Positions 34,953-45,244 of a DNA stretch of 64,000 nt are shown in pieces. Under the pieces are notes generated by a model. That model was not told the origin of the DNA, ran no database searches, and was given only the letters and a program-made list of their open reading frames with translations. Location: positions 140,654-204,653 of the forward strand of contig SVUK01000006.1 in NCBI GenBank assembly GCA_015063325.1, written 5' to 3'. Both the position numbers and the translations under genes were made by a program. How positions within the stretch are numbered: the stretch's first letter is position 1; each line of letters opens with the position of its first letter. Source of the DNA: Oscillospiraceae bacterium (GTDB lineage Bacteria; Bacillota; Clostridia; Oscillospirales; CAG-272).

Positions 34953-36672
34953 TCAGACGCCTGCAAGACGATTAAAATAAGCATTGTATGCCGTATATCT
35001 TGTTTTTGTTTCTTCTTCGTTTTCGCCTTTGAGCAGGAAATAGAACTTGATTTTCGGCTCGGTTCCGGATGGACGGGCAACAATCAGGTCGCCGTTTTCC
35101 AATCGGAAGGAAAGAACATTGGAACGGGGAAGTCCGGTCGGTTTTGTTGTTTTGCCGTCGGCGATCGTTTGCTTCAGATAATCCCCGGTAACGGTGACCG
35201 GAATGCCCAAAAATTCCTTGGGGGGATTTTCGCGCAAAACATTCATCAAAGCCGCTATTTTTTCCTGTCCGTCGTACCCCTCCATGTAGACCTCTCTGGT
35301 TACTTCATAGTGGAATCCGTAACGGCGGAACAAATCGTCCAGCGCATCCGAAAGGGTCATTCCGGGCGGCATGGTAGTAAGCGGTCATTTCGGTAATGAG
35401 CATTGTGGCAACGACTGCGTCCTTATCCCGTGCGTAAGTGCCTTTGAGGTAGCCGTAGCTTTCCTCAAATCCGAACAGAAAAGTACCGTGCCCGGCTTCC
35501 TCCTGCTTTTTAATCACCTCGCCGATAAATTTGAATCCGGTTAGAACATTGTAAAGCCGGATACTGTTTTCGGCACAGATTTTTGCGGTCATTTCGGATG
35601 TTACGATCGTTTTGACCATATAAGGTTCGGGCGGCATTGTCCCGGTCTTTTTGTAGGCGGTGATGATGTAGTCTGCAAGCAGTGCGCCCATCTGGTTACC
35701 GGTAATGGTGCGGAAAGCGCCCGATTTGGTGCGCGTCATGACGCCAACACGGTCGGCGTCCGGATCGGTGGCAATAATCAAATCGCATCCAACGCGGTTG
35801 GCAACGTCAATTCCCAGTGCAAACGCCGTGGGATATTCGGGGTTCGGCTTTTCCAACGTGGGGAAGTTTCCGTCCGGTTCGGATTGCGCTTCGACGGGGA
35901 AAAGATGCCGGATGCCAATGCGGCGCATCACCTCGGGCACCAAACGGTAGCCTGCACCATGCAGAGGAGTATAGACGATTTTCAAATCTTCGGCAACTGC
36001 TTTAATCGCCTGCGGATTGACCGCCTGCGCGAGTACCCGGGCAAGATATTTTTCGTCCAGCTCCTTGCCGACGATGGTCAAAAGTCCGGAAGCAAGCGCT
36101 TCTTGAATGGAAATTTGATGAACGTCTTTGAAAATATCCAGCTTTGCAATTGCGGTTGCAACGGCGTCGGCATGTTCGGGGGGGAGTTGAGCGCCGTCCT
36201 CCCAATAGGCTTTATATCCGTTATACTGTTTGGGATTATGCGAAGCGGTGATGTTGATTCCGGCAACGCAACCAAGCTCCCGAACGGCAAAAGAGAGTTC
36301 GGGCGTGGGGCGAAGGGAATCAAAAAGATAGACGCGAATGCCGTTTGCGGCAAGAACGCCGGCGGCAGTTTCTGCAAAGAGGGGGGAATTATTGCGGCTG
36401 TCGTAGGCAATTACAACGCCGTCCTGCTCGCGTTTTTCCTTCAAAATCAGATTTGCAAGTCCTTGCGTAGCGTGCGCAACGGTGTGGGTATTCATGGCGT
36501 TTAAGCCCGGTTTCATCGTTCCGCGAAGTCCTGCCGTACCAAAAGAGAGTGCACGGGAAAAACGGAATGCAATTTCCTGCTCGTCATTTGCAATGGAGCG
36601 GAGTTCCTCTTTTTCCGCGTCGGTTACGGTAGGTTCATGGAGCCATTTTTCGTATTCTTTGCGGTAATCCAT
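34953..36672 (-). pseudogene. pgm: Phosphoglucomutase / phosphomannomutase split by a +1 frameshift (real lesion or sequencing error)
   Basis: FGTAGLRG, ITASHNP, ATDPDADR, GFEESYG, RDKDA in the 5' frame and RPSGTEPKIKFY in the 3' frame. Removing one C from gcc-gcc-c-gga (G run 35364-35366 on +) restores YYHAAGMTLSDAL. Confidence 0.85.
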
Positions 36673-36714
36673 CTGCGATTTCTCCATTCTTTCTTTTCTT
36701 TAAATCGAATCTCT

Positions 36715-38550
36715 TTAAATCAAATCCAAAATTGCGTATCCGTCGGCAAGGAACTGTTTGAGTTCTTCGCCCGTAAGCTTGCGCTGGGAAAGAAGCGCGA
36801 GTCGATAGAGATATGCTGCAGTTTTTTCCCGTTTTTCACCTTCCAGTGCCGCGAGCTTTGCAATCAGCGGTGAGGCGGTGTTAACAGTCAGCGTTTCCTC
36901 GGTCGGAAAAGCGCCCATGGAACCCATTCCGCTCATGGAATACATTTTCATCATTTCTTCCATCCTGCGCGATTCTTCGCTGACGGTGAGAAGCAGTGGC
37001 ACGCCTGCGTCTTTGAGCGCCGCAAACGAAACATTCAACTTTTCATTGCCGGAAATTTTGATAAACAATTCTTTGAGCTCCGTATTTTCGGATGCTGCGT
37101 CTTCGCCCTTCAATGCGCCTGCAACGTCGGCATCGATCCGCAGATATTTGACATTGGGATCATAGGATTCCAAATAGGATAAAAACTGTGTATCCAGCGG
37201 TTTTTCAAAAACGGAGATTTGAATACCTTCGGCGCTGAACATGGAGATATACTGCGCCTGTGCGGCTTTATCCGAGGTATAGTAAATTTTGTTTTCGTGC
37301 TTTTCCTTTGCAGCTTCAAGATAATCTTTCGTGGTCAGGAATGTTCCGTCGGTCAGCTCAAGCAGAAGGGAATCTTGCACACGTTCGTAGAATTTGCGGT
37401 CGCGCATACAAGCATATTCCACAAAGGTGCGAATATCGCTCCAAACCTTTTCATATTCTTCGCGCTCGGTATTGCAAAGACTGTTCAGCTTGTCGGCAAC
37501 CTTTTTGACAATATGCGCTGAAACTTTGGAGACATAGGTATTATTCTGTAAATAGCTGCGCGAAACGTTCAAAGGCAGTTCGGGACAATCCAACACGCCT
37601 TTGAGCATCAGCAAATATTCGGGAATGACTTCCTTAATATTGTCGGCAACAAAGACCTGATTGTAATACAGTTTGACCTGTCCTTCAATAGATTCGTATT
37701 CGTTGGTCAGTTTGGGGAAGAAGAGAATTCCGCGGAAATTGAGCGGATAATCGGCGTTGATGTGAATCCAAAACAGCGGCTCGCGGAAATCGTGAAAGAC
37801 CTTGCGATAGAAATCTTTGTATTCCTCCGGCGTGCAGTCGGATGGGTTCTTCAGCCAAAGCGGCATCGTATCGTTGACGGGCTTTTCCTCTGCCGTTTTT
37901 TGATCATCCGGCTTTTCGCTCATATCGGAAAAATAAATATCCACAGGCATAAAGGAACAGTATTTTTCCAAAATTTCTTTGAGTTTGCTTGCATCCAAAT
38001 ATTCTTTTTCCTCGTCGGAAACATGCATGATTACGGTGGTGCCGTGCCCTTCATGTTTCCCCGGTGAAATTTCATAGTCGCCTGTATCGGAGCAGACCCA
38101 GTGGACGGCAGGCGCGCCGGTATAAGATTTCGTTTGCAGTTCTACCGATCCGCTGACCATAAACGCCGAATAAAATCCGAGACCGAAATGTCCGATGATT
38201 CCGTTGGATTGATTATCGCCTTCATATTTCTGAATAAAGTCCAGCGCGCCGGAAAGAGCGATTTGGCAAATATAGCGGTCAACCTCTTCTTCGGTCATTC
38301 CGATTCCGTTGTCGGAAACGGTCAATGTTCCGGCTTCTTTATCCAAAATTACGTCAATGCGATAGGTTTCTCCATTGTCCTCGTATTGACCGAGCGAGGA
38401 GAGCCGCCGCAGTTTTGTAACTGCGTCCGCGGCGTTGGAAACGATTTCTCGCAGAAAGATATCCTTTTCGGAATACAGCCATTTTTTAATGACGGGGAAG
38501 ATATGCTCGGTTTGAACCGAGATACCGCCTTTTTTTGTTGTTTCAGACAT
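36715..38550 (-). CDS. htpG: Chaperone HtpG (Hsp90)
   Basis: FLREIVSNAADA, DNGIGM, IGHFGLGFYSAFMV, DCPELPLNVSRSYLQ. Confidence 0.97.
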   Translation of the reverse strand: MSETTKKGGISVQTEHIFPVIKKWLYSEKDIFLREIVSNAADAVTKLRRLSSLGQYEDNGETYRIDVILDKEAGTLTVSDNGIGMTEEEVDRYICQIALSGALDFIQKYEGDNQSNGIIGHFGLGFYSAFMVSGSVELQTKSYTGAPAVHWVCSDTGDYEISPGKHEGHGTTVIMHVSDEEKEYLDASKLKEILEKYCSFMPVDIYFSDMSEKPDDQKTAEEKPVNDTMPLWLKNPSDCTPEEYKDFYRKVFHDFREPLFWIHINADYPLNFRGILFFPKLTNEYESIEGQVKLYYNQVFVADNIKEVIPEYLLMLKGVLDCPELPLNVSRSYLQNNTYVSKVSAHIVKKVADKLNSLCNTEREEYEKVWSDIRTFVEYACMRDRKFYERVQDSLLLELTDGTFLTTKDYLEAAKEKHENKIYYTSDKAAQAQYISMFSAEGIQISVFEKPLDTQFLSYLESYDPNVKYLRIDADVAGALKGEDAASENTELKELFIKISGNEKLNVSFAALKDAGVPLLLTVSEESRRMEEMMKMYSMSGMGSMGAFPTEETLTVNTASPLIAKLAALEGEKREKTAAYLYRLALLSQRKLTGEELKQFLADGYAILDLI

Positions 38551-38638
38551 GAATTTTACGCCTCCTGATATTTAAAACTGCCGACAGAAAGTGTCCAAGC
38601 CGAAAAATTTTCGGGTGGTGTTTTCTGTTGCAAAAAAG

Positions 38639-40141
38639 TCAATTTTCCGTTTTGGAATTGGTTTCTTTTATTTTTGCCGCTTCGCTCCGAATCGCTTCCT
38701 CGGCGGCAAACTGCGCCAGCGCCTCGGCGGAAATTTTTGGAATGATTGAGAGTTTTCTGCCTTTTTCATAAAACCAAACGGACAACTTTTCTCCGGTTGA
38801 TAATTTTTTGCCGTTCGCCTGCAATTTTTGCAAACGAAGAACGCCGGATTCCCATTTTCGCAAGGTTCGCTCGGATCCGCTTTGCATATCGGCGGCAGGA
38901 TCCAGCGGACTGTCGGGCGGATAATAGTTTTCGGTCGTTGTCGGCAGTCCTTTTGTACGCAGGCGATCTTTGGAAAAGGTATCCAGTAGATCCAGTACGG
39001 TTGCAAATAGCGGTACGCCGACCAGCATCCCCCAAAGCCCCCAAAGTTTGCCCATAACCATGACGGCAACAAGAACGCAAAGTGAGCTGACGCCGTTGCT
39101 GCTGCCCAAAATCTTCGGACCGATGATATTTCCGTCAATCTGCTGGATGACCAAAATGATCAGCAAAACCGGGAGAATCTTCGAAGGATCCTCAAACGCA
39201 ACGATCAGCGCCGATGGAATTGCTCCGAAGATGGGTCCGATGATGGGTACGATATTGGTACTGCCGACGATGGTGGCGACCAAAATCGGGTAGGGAATGC
39301 GGAAGATCAGCAGGACGAGGTAGGTTAGAATCCCGATGATCAACGAGTCAAACAGTTTGCCTTCCAAAAAGCTGCCGAAAGAACGGTCGGCAACCGTACA
39401 AACCCGGGTAATCCGGGCATTGACGCGGTCGGAGAACAGCGCGCGGCGCAGTTTCATGGTTTGCGCGTACAGCCGTTCTTTGGACGCCAGCAGATACAGC
39501 GAAATGAAGAATGAAAAAATCGCGTGCGTAATTCCCGTAACCGTGCCCATAATTGCCGAAAGCATATTTCCGGGTGTTGCAGAGGGGGCAAGCTGCTTCA
39601 GCAAATCGGCAAGTTTTTGAACATCGCTGATCAAGTCTTTGAGATAATTGCTGACTTCTTCCACAGTAATTGATTGTAAAAAGCTTTGCGTCAAATTCCA
39701 TTTCCCCAGCGAGGTGTTCAGCCATTCGACAAACCCGTTATAGTGGGTAACCGAGTTTTGCAGATATTCCTCTCGGGTTGCCAAAAAATTGGTAATACCG
39801 GAAGCCAGTTGCGGTACAATCAGCAAAAACAGCAAAACGAAAATCAAAAGAAGAAACAGATAGGCGCAGATCAATGCAAACGTTCTCCGCAAACCGAGCG
39901 GATGAATATTTCGGAATATTCGGCGCTCAAAGAAGCGGAAAACGGGTAGGAGCAGATAAGCGATGATCAAGCCTGCTAAAATCGGACGAAAGAGACGCAA
40001 AACAGATTTGAACCAGACATTGACGGCGTTGGAGTTGATGATGAAAAATATCAAAAGGATCACGATTGCCAAAATGATTCCGATCACCGTCAATCGTCGG
40101 CGCAGTGGGCGATTTTTTTGTTCAAATTCACCGTTGTTCAT
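38639..40141 (-). CDS. AI-2E family transporter (paralog 1)
   Basis: SFLEGKLFDSLIIG, NIVPIIGPIFG, QQIDGNIIGPKILG, GMLVGVPLFA. Confidence 0.92.
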   Translation of the reverse strand: MNNGEFEQKNRPLRRRLTVIGIILAIVILLIFFIINSNAVNVWFKSVLRLFRPILAGLIIAYLLLPVFRFFERRIFRNIHPLGLRRTFALICAYLFLLLIFVLLFLLIVPQLASGITNFLATREEYLQNSVTHYNGFVEWLNTSLGKWNLTQSFLQSITVEEVSNYLKDLISDVQKLADLLKQLAPSATPGNMLSAIMGTVTGITHAIFSFFISLYLLASKERLYAQTMKLRRALFSDRVNARITRVCTVADRSFGSFLEGKLFDSLIIGILTYLVLLIFRIPYPILVATIVGSTNIVPIIGPIFGAIPSALIVAFEDPSKILPVLLIILVIQQIDGNIIGPKILGSSNGVSSLCVLVAVMVMGKLWGLWGMLVGVPLFATVLDLLDTFSKDRLRTKGLPTTTENYYPPDSPLDPAADMQSGSERTLRKWESGVLRLQKLQANGKKLSTGEKLSVWFYEKGRKLSIIPKISAEALAQFAAEEAIRSEAAKIKETNSKTEN

Positions 40142-41723
40142 CCTGCGTTTCCTCCTTCTCGTCTGGATTTTGCGCCGGAGCGGCAGGTGTATCGTTCAAA
40201 AAAGAATCCAGCGAAGGCTGATCCGGAAGCGGCTCAATTTCTGAAACGGTTGCGCGCTCTTCCGGATTTTCCGCGGCGGCAGTTTCGTGCATAGCGCGGC
40301 TTTCCTCTTCCAAAAAGCTTTGCAAATCTTCATCGGAAATATCCGAAAACAGATGATATTTTTTTGCCGTTTGATAGGTTTTCAAGCGAACGCGCTCGCC
40401 GAAATTCAAGTCGCCGGAGCCGGTTTCCTCGGTTGCGCTTTGCGCTTCTTTCTTTTCGCGAATCTTTCTGCGGCGGCGTTCAATCACCGTTTCCGAGCGG
40501 CGCGCAACGGTTGCAGGAGAGTAGTAGCTTTCGGTATTGTGCGGCAAATTGCGCGCTTTCAGGCGTGCGTCCATCCAATAGTCCATCACTTCCAAAACGG
40601 TTGCAAAAAGCGGAACGCCGATCAGCATTCCGGCAAATCCCCACAATCCGCCCATCAGAATGATGGCAATCATAACGCAAAGGGAACTGACGCCGGTATT
40701 TTCACCCAAAATCTTCGGGGCGATCAAGTTGCCGTCCAACTGCTGGATTACAACGATGCTGATCAGGAAGAAGATAACTTTGATCGGGTCATCCAACAGA
40801 ATGATCAACGCAGTAGGAATTACGCCGATAAAAGGACCCACCACGGGAATGATATCGGTAATGCCCACAATGGTGGCAACCAGCAGCGCGTCCTGAATGC
40901 CGATGATCCGGCAGGCAAAGTAGGTCAAAACGCCAACGATCAGCGAATCCAAAATTTTTCCGCGCAGAAAGCCGCCGAAGGAGCGGTCGGCAACGGTGCA
41001 GATCCGGGTTACGTGAAAATTGATTGAATCATTGAACAGAGAGCGGCGCAGTTTCATCATCTGCGCATAGCGCTTTTCTTTGGAGAAAAGCAGGTAGATG
41101 GAGAAAAAGACGCCGAAAACGACTTCCAAAATCCAGGAGGCTGTTGCGGAAAGAAATGCCAAAAGCCGCGGTGCGGTTGAAAAACCGATCCGCTCTTTCA
41201 AAACATCCTGCAGATAGTTCCAAAAGTTTTCCATCGCATTCACAATTCCATCCCGATTCAAAAGGGGAAGAAATCCGTTTCCGTCTTCTTTTAAGAGCAG
41301 ATGACCGTTGATATTGGAGATGATTCGGTTGACCGGTTCGATCAGGCGCGAAAGCCGGACATCGAAATTGTCGACAAAACTTTGAATACTGCCGAACAGT
41401 TGCGGAAAGATGAGCATGAACAGCGCAAGAACAAACAAAAAGAAAAGCATATAGGTTAAAACCATTGCCAAAATGCGGCGGAAATAGGGAGCAGGAATGC
41501 GAACAAGCAACTTTTTTTCAAAGAGCCGGAAAAACGGATTGGTCAGATAAGCAATCACCAAACCGATCAGAATCGGGCGCAGAATTGCCAAAACATAGCT
41601 CATCCATGTTTTTACTGCTTCAATGTTGGAGATCAGCAAAATGGCGGTGAAAAGAAGAGCATAAACAATGATGCCGAGCAGCAAACGTTTATTGACTCTG
41701 CCGCTTTTTTGTTCCGAATCCAT
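40128..41723 (-). CDS. AI-2E family transporter (paralog 2)
   Basis: GFLRGKILDSLIVG, DIIPVVGPFIG, QQLDGNLIAPKILG. Start 41723 after AGGAGG. Confidence 0.92.
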   Translation of the reverse strand: MDSEQKSGRVNKRLLLGIIVYALLFTAILLISNIEAVKTWMSYVLAILRPILIGLVIAYLTNPFFRLFEKKLLVRIPAPYFRRILAMVLTYMLFFLFVLALFMLIFPQLFGSIQSFVDNFDVRLSRLIEPVNRIISNINGHLLLKEDGNGFLPLLNRDGIVNAMENFWNYLQDVLKERIGFSTAPRLLAFLSATASWILEVVFGVFFSIYLLFSKEKRYAQMMKLRRSLFNDSINFHVTRICTVADRSFGGFLRGKILDSLIVGVLTYFACRIIGIQDALLVATIVGITDIIPVVGPFIGVIPTALIILLDDPIKVIFFLISIVVIQQLDGNLIAPKILGENTGVSSLCVMIAIILMGGLWGFAGMLIGVPLFATVLEVMDYWMDARLKARNLPHNTESYYSPATVARRSETVIERRRRKIREKKEAQSATEETGSGDLNFGERVRLKTYQTAKKYHLFSDISDEDLQSFLEEESRAMHETAAAENPEERATVSEIEPLPDQPSLDSFLNDTPAAPAQNPDEKEETQDEQR

Positions 41724-41843
41724 TTTTTGCAACCTCCTTTCGTTTCCCAATTTTATCGACCTTGATATGTTTTTGCGCTTTTTACATGTTTTTTTTCTGC
41801 GTGTATAGCGCGCCAGCATAAAATTAATAATCTACTCTATATA

Positions 41844-41872
41844 TTTTACCCGGTTTTCCGGAATTCGTCAAG
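41844..41872 (-). promoter_or_regulatory. SigA promoter for the AI-2E / htpG / pgm / mgtE run
   Basis: Minus strand TTGACG-17 nt-TAAAAT. Confidence 0.65.
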
Positions 41873-41977
41873 TGCTTTTACTGATTTTTCAATTTTTCTT
41901 GCAAAATTCGCAGATATGTGCTAAAATAGAAACATAGTTTTGATAAATTGAACGAAAAACGGGAAAGCAGAGTGAAA

Positions 41978-42898
41978 ATGCAACTGAAGACAACCGAAAA
42001 CGCATACGCAAAAATCAATCTGATGCTGGATATTACCGGTATCCGAGAAGACGGGTATCATTTGATCGACGGGGTTATGCAAACCGTTTCGCTTGCCGAT
42101 CGGCTGGAGGTGGAATTCGAGGTTGACAAAGCTACCCGAATCGAAATCCGGATCGTCAATGGAAAAGAAAATATTCCGGCGGATTCTTCCAATCTCGCCT
42201 GCCGTGCGGCAAGCGCCTATTTGGGAAGAATCTGCAAGACGGGAATCGTCAAAATTCAACTTCGGAAAGAAATTCCGGTTGCCGCCGGACTTGCCGGCGG
42301 AAGCGCCGACGCCGCGGCGGTTTTGCGCGCGTTGAACAGGTTGTTCGGGTATCCGATCGGTACCGAAGAGCTCTGCGCCGTCGGCGCAAAATTGGGCGCC
42401 GACGTTCCGTTTTGCGTTCGCGGCGGTGCTATGCGCACCGAAGGAATCGGGGAAAAATTGACTCCCTGCGCCGGGCTTCCGGAATGCTTTTTGGTTATCC
42501 TGCATCGAGACGATCTTCCGTTTTCCACGCCGCGGATGTACGCTGAACTCGATCGTGTGCATAATCGTTTTTCCAATCATCCGAATTCGGCAGAAAAGGT
42601 GGAAAAACTGATACAGGTACTGCGCAAAGGGGATCTTTCGGCTATTTGCGAGCGCATGGGAAATGTTTTTGAAGAGCCTGCAATTTTGTTATCGAACGGC
42701 AGAATTGAAGAACTGAAATCCCTTCTTATGCGACAGCCGGGAATGATGGGTGCGCTGATGAGCGGAAGCGGTTCGGCTGTGTTCGGTATTTTTGCAAAAG
42801 AAGAGGACGCACAAATTGCATGCGATGTTTTGAAGCAACAACCGGGCATCAACGCTTGGCTTTGCAACCCGATTTCCAAAGAATTTTGCGTTTGTTAA
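41978..42898 (+). CDS. ispE: 4-diphosphocytidyl-2C-methyl-D-erythritol kinase
   Basis: AYAKINL, YHLIDGVMQ, KEIPVAAGLAGGSADAA, LGADVPFC, MSGSGSAVFG. Start approximate (41972 or 41978). Confidence 0.95.
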   Translation: MQLKTTENAYAKINLMLDITGIREDGYHLIDGVMQTVSLADRLEVEFEVDKATRIEIRIVNGKENIPADSSNLACRAASAYLGRICKTGIVKIQLRKEIPVAAGLAGGSADAAAVLRALNRLFGYPIGTEELCAVGAKLGADVPFCVRGGAMRTEGIGEKLTPCAGLPECFLVILHRDDLPFSTPRMYAELDRVHNRFSNHPNSAEKVEKLIQVLRKGDLSAICERMGNVFEEPAILLSNGRIEELKSLLMRQPGMMGALMSGSGSAVFGIFAKEEDAQIACDVLKQQPGINAWLCNPISKEFCVC

Positions 42899-42982
42899 TA
42901 TAGAGTTCATATCTTAGGTCTATAATGTCGTTGTAAAATCGTTAGTTGGTTAAACGGATTTTTCCCGAAAGGACAGACAGCA

Positions 42983-44110
42983 TTGAAGAAAAAGCAAGAG
43001 CAAAAAAGTTGCGCGCTCCGCACGTCGATCGGCGGACAGGCGCTGATGGAAGGAATCATGATGCGCGGACCGCAAAAGACGGCGCTCGCCGTGCGCAATC
43101 CCAAGGGCGAGATTGTGCTGGAAGAGTCCGAAACGCGCGGCGTTAAGCGCCCGAAAATTTGTAAATTACCGCTGATCCGCGGTATTTTCGGCTATATTGA
43201 TTCCATGGTCATCGGTTACAAAGCGTTGATGCGCTCGGCAGAAATTGCAGGACTTGATGATATTGTGGAACAGAAACCTCAAAAGGGAGAGGCGTCCGCG
43301 GAATGCGTGCCTGAACCGAATGGGGAACGGGTCGAATCTGCAAGCGAAGAGTGCGCAGAGGCGGACAAGAAAACAGAACAGGACAAGAAAACAGAACAGG
43401 ATAAGGAAACAAAAGAGGAGAAGAAACTGCCCCGATGGGTGGTTACGCTGACGATGGTGGCGAGTATTATTTTCGGACTTGCCGTTGCCATCGGACTGTT
43501 CGTTTGGCTCCCTGCGTTTCTGTTTTCGCTTTTTACAAAAGCCGTACCGGGAGCGGAAGATACGGGAAACGCGGCGCTCAATTCGCTGATTAAATCGGCG
43601 TTTGAAGGCGTTTTGAAGGTCTTTTTGATCGTCGGATATATGGCTGCCATTTCTTTGATGAAGGACATTCGCCGTACCTTCCGCTACCATGGCGCGGAAC
43701 ATAAGAGTATTTTTTGCTACGAAGCAGGGAAGGAACTTACGGTGGAAAATGTTCGCTCCATGCGTCGCTTTCATCCACGTTGCGGAACATCGTTTTTGAT
43801 TTTGATGATTCTTGTCAGCATTTTTATTTCATTTTTTATTGACCCGATTTGCATTGCCATTACGGGTGATGAGTTGAGCATTGTTTGGCGCGTACTCTTG
43901 AAAATTCTGCTTATTCCGCTCATTGTAGGCATTGGGTACGAGCTCATTAAGTTTGCCGGACGGCACGACAACTGGCTGACGCGCGTGATTTCTGCGCCTG
44001 GGCTTTGGCTCCAACGCCTGACCGTTCTGGAACCCGACGACGAAATGATCGAATGCGCCATTGCCGCGCTCAAAGCCGTGATTCCCGAGGATGGAAGCGA
44101 CAAGATCTGA
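42983..44110 (+). CDS. DUF1385 (YqhQ-like) membrane protein
   Basis: SIGGQALMEGIMMRG, FRYHGAEHK, RFHPRCGTSF, PGLWLQRLT..EPDD.MIECAI. Confidence 0.92.
   Translation: MKKKQEQKSCALRTSIGGQALMEGIMMRGPQKTALAVRNPKGEIVLEESETRGVKRPKICKLPLIRGIFGYIDSMVIGYKALMRSAEIAGLDDIVEQKPQKGEASAECVPEPNGERVESASEECAEADKKTEQDKKTEQDKETKEEKKLPRWVVTLTMVASIIFGLAVAIGLFVWLPAFLFSLFTKAVPGAEDTGNAALNSLIKSAFEGVLKVFLIVGYMAAISLMKDIRRTFRYHGAEHKSIFCYEAGKELTVENVRSMRRFHPRCGTSFLILMILVSIFISFFIDPICIAITGDELSIVWRVLLKILLIPLIVGIGYELIKFAGRHDNWLTRVISAPGLWLQRLTVLEPDDEMIECAIAALKAVIPEDGSDKI
43363..43416 (+). repeat. In-frame 18-bp tandem repeat (DKKTEQ x2 plus a degenerate copy)
   Basis: ggacaagaaaacagaaca x2, then ggataaggaaacaaaaga. Confidence 0.9.
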
Positions 44111-44138
44111 TCCGGAGAGAAGAAAAGAGGGATTCGTT

Positions 44139-44675
44139 TTGGAAAGTATTGCAAAGCAGGGCGTTCGCGCCTTTGAAGAATTGATTGAGGTTGCCGGACT
44201 GACCAAAGGGCAAATTTTGGTGGTTGGCTGCTCCTCCTCGGAGATCGTTGGCGAAACGATTGGAAAAGGCTCAAGTTTTGAGACTGCAAACGAACTATTT
44301 GAGGCGATTTACCCTGTTTTAAAGGAAAAGGGGATTTTTCTTGCCGCGCAGTGTTGCGAGCACCTCAACCGCGCGCTGATCGTGGAGAGAGAATGCGCTG
44401 AAAAATACGGACTGGATCCCGTTTGCGTGGTGCCTTATCCCAAAGCCGGCGGATCGTTTGCAACGGCGGCTTGGCGGCATTTTGAGGCGCCGGTTGCCGT
44501 GGAGCACATCCGCGCGCATGCCGGCATTGACATTGGCGGCGTTCTGATCGGAATGCATTTGCGCGAGGTTGCCGTTCCGGTGCGCCTGTCGGTCAAAAAA
44601 ATCGGCGAAGCAAGCATTCTCTGCGCACGGACGCGTCCGAAACTCATCGGCGGCGAACGCGCAAAATATGAATGA
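44139..44675 (+). CDS. TIGR01440 / DUF436 (YwlG-like) protein
   Basis: VVGCSSSEI, LAAQCCEHLNRALIVE, AGGSFA, GIDIGGVLIGMHL, RTRPKLIGGERA. TTG start. Confidence 0.92.
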   Translation: MESIAKQGVRAFEELIEVAGLTKGQILVVGCSSSEIVGETIGKGSSFETANELFEAIYPVLKEKGIFLAAQCCEHLNRALIVERECAEKYGLDPVCVVPYPKAGGSFATAAWRHFEAPVAVEHIRAHAGIDIGGVLIGMHLREVAVPVRLSVKKIGEASILCARTRPKLIGGERAKYE

Positions 44676-44734
44676 GAAAGACGTACGTTTTTTAAGAAAT
44701 TTTTTAGAGGATTTGAAATTTTCTTGATATTCCC

Positions 44735-44764
44735 TTGACAAAGTCGGAGGGAGTATGGTATAAT
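44735..44764 (+). promoter_or_regulatory. SigA promoter for mgsA
   Basis: TTGACA-18 nt-TATAAT with extended -10 TG. Confidence 0.8.
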
Positions 44765-44809
44765 AAGACCGTATTCGGAAGTCGTATTTTTGAAAGGAGC
44801 CGGAGACTG

Positions 44810-45235
44810 ATGCAAATCGCTATTATCGCACATGACTTGAAAAAAGAACTCATCACGCAGTTCTGCATCGCCTATTGCGGTATTTTGAGCAAGCATAAAC
44901 TCTGCGCAACCGGTATTACGGCAAAATATATTTCCGAGGCAACCGGATTGGAAGTGGAAAGTCTCCTGCCCGGTCAGCAGGGCGGCGACCAGCAAATCGC
45001 TTCCCGAATTGCCTACAACGAGATCGATATGCTCCTGTATTTTAAGGATACTCGTCCCGAATCCGATTACAGCGATGTCAAAAAAGAGATTTTGCGGCTT
45101 TGCGACGTTTACAACATCCCGGTTGCAACCAATATTGCAACGGCGGAGATTCTGATCATGGCGCTCGACCGCGGCGATCTTGACTGGCGCGAGATCGTGA
45201 AAGCCGACGCGAAAGGTAACAAAAAGACTTTTTAA
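44810..45235 (+). CDS. mgsA: Methylglyoxal synthase-like protein (divergent active site)
   Basis: IAIIAHDLKK, ATGIT, GGDQQI, LRLCDVYNIPVATNIATAE, ALDRGDLDWRE. Confidence 0.85.
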   Translation: MQIAIIAHDLKKELITQFCIAYCGILSKHKLCATGITAKYISEATGLEVESLLPGQQGGDQQIASRIAYNEIDMLLYFKDTRPESDYSDVKKEILRLCDVYNIPVATNIATAEILIMALDRGDLDWREIVKADAKGNKKTF

Positions 45236-45244
45236 GTTTCCAAT

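Noticed and set aside
35355-35375. Programmed ribosomal frameshift in pgm
   Set aside because: No X XXY YYZ slippery site or known precedent; a single-base insertion in a short C run explains it.
38551-38638. CIRCE / CtsR heat-shock element before htpG
   Set aside because: No TTAGCACTC-N9-GAGTGCTAA or CtsR heptad repeats are visible.
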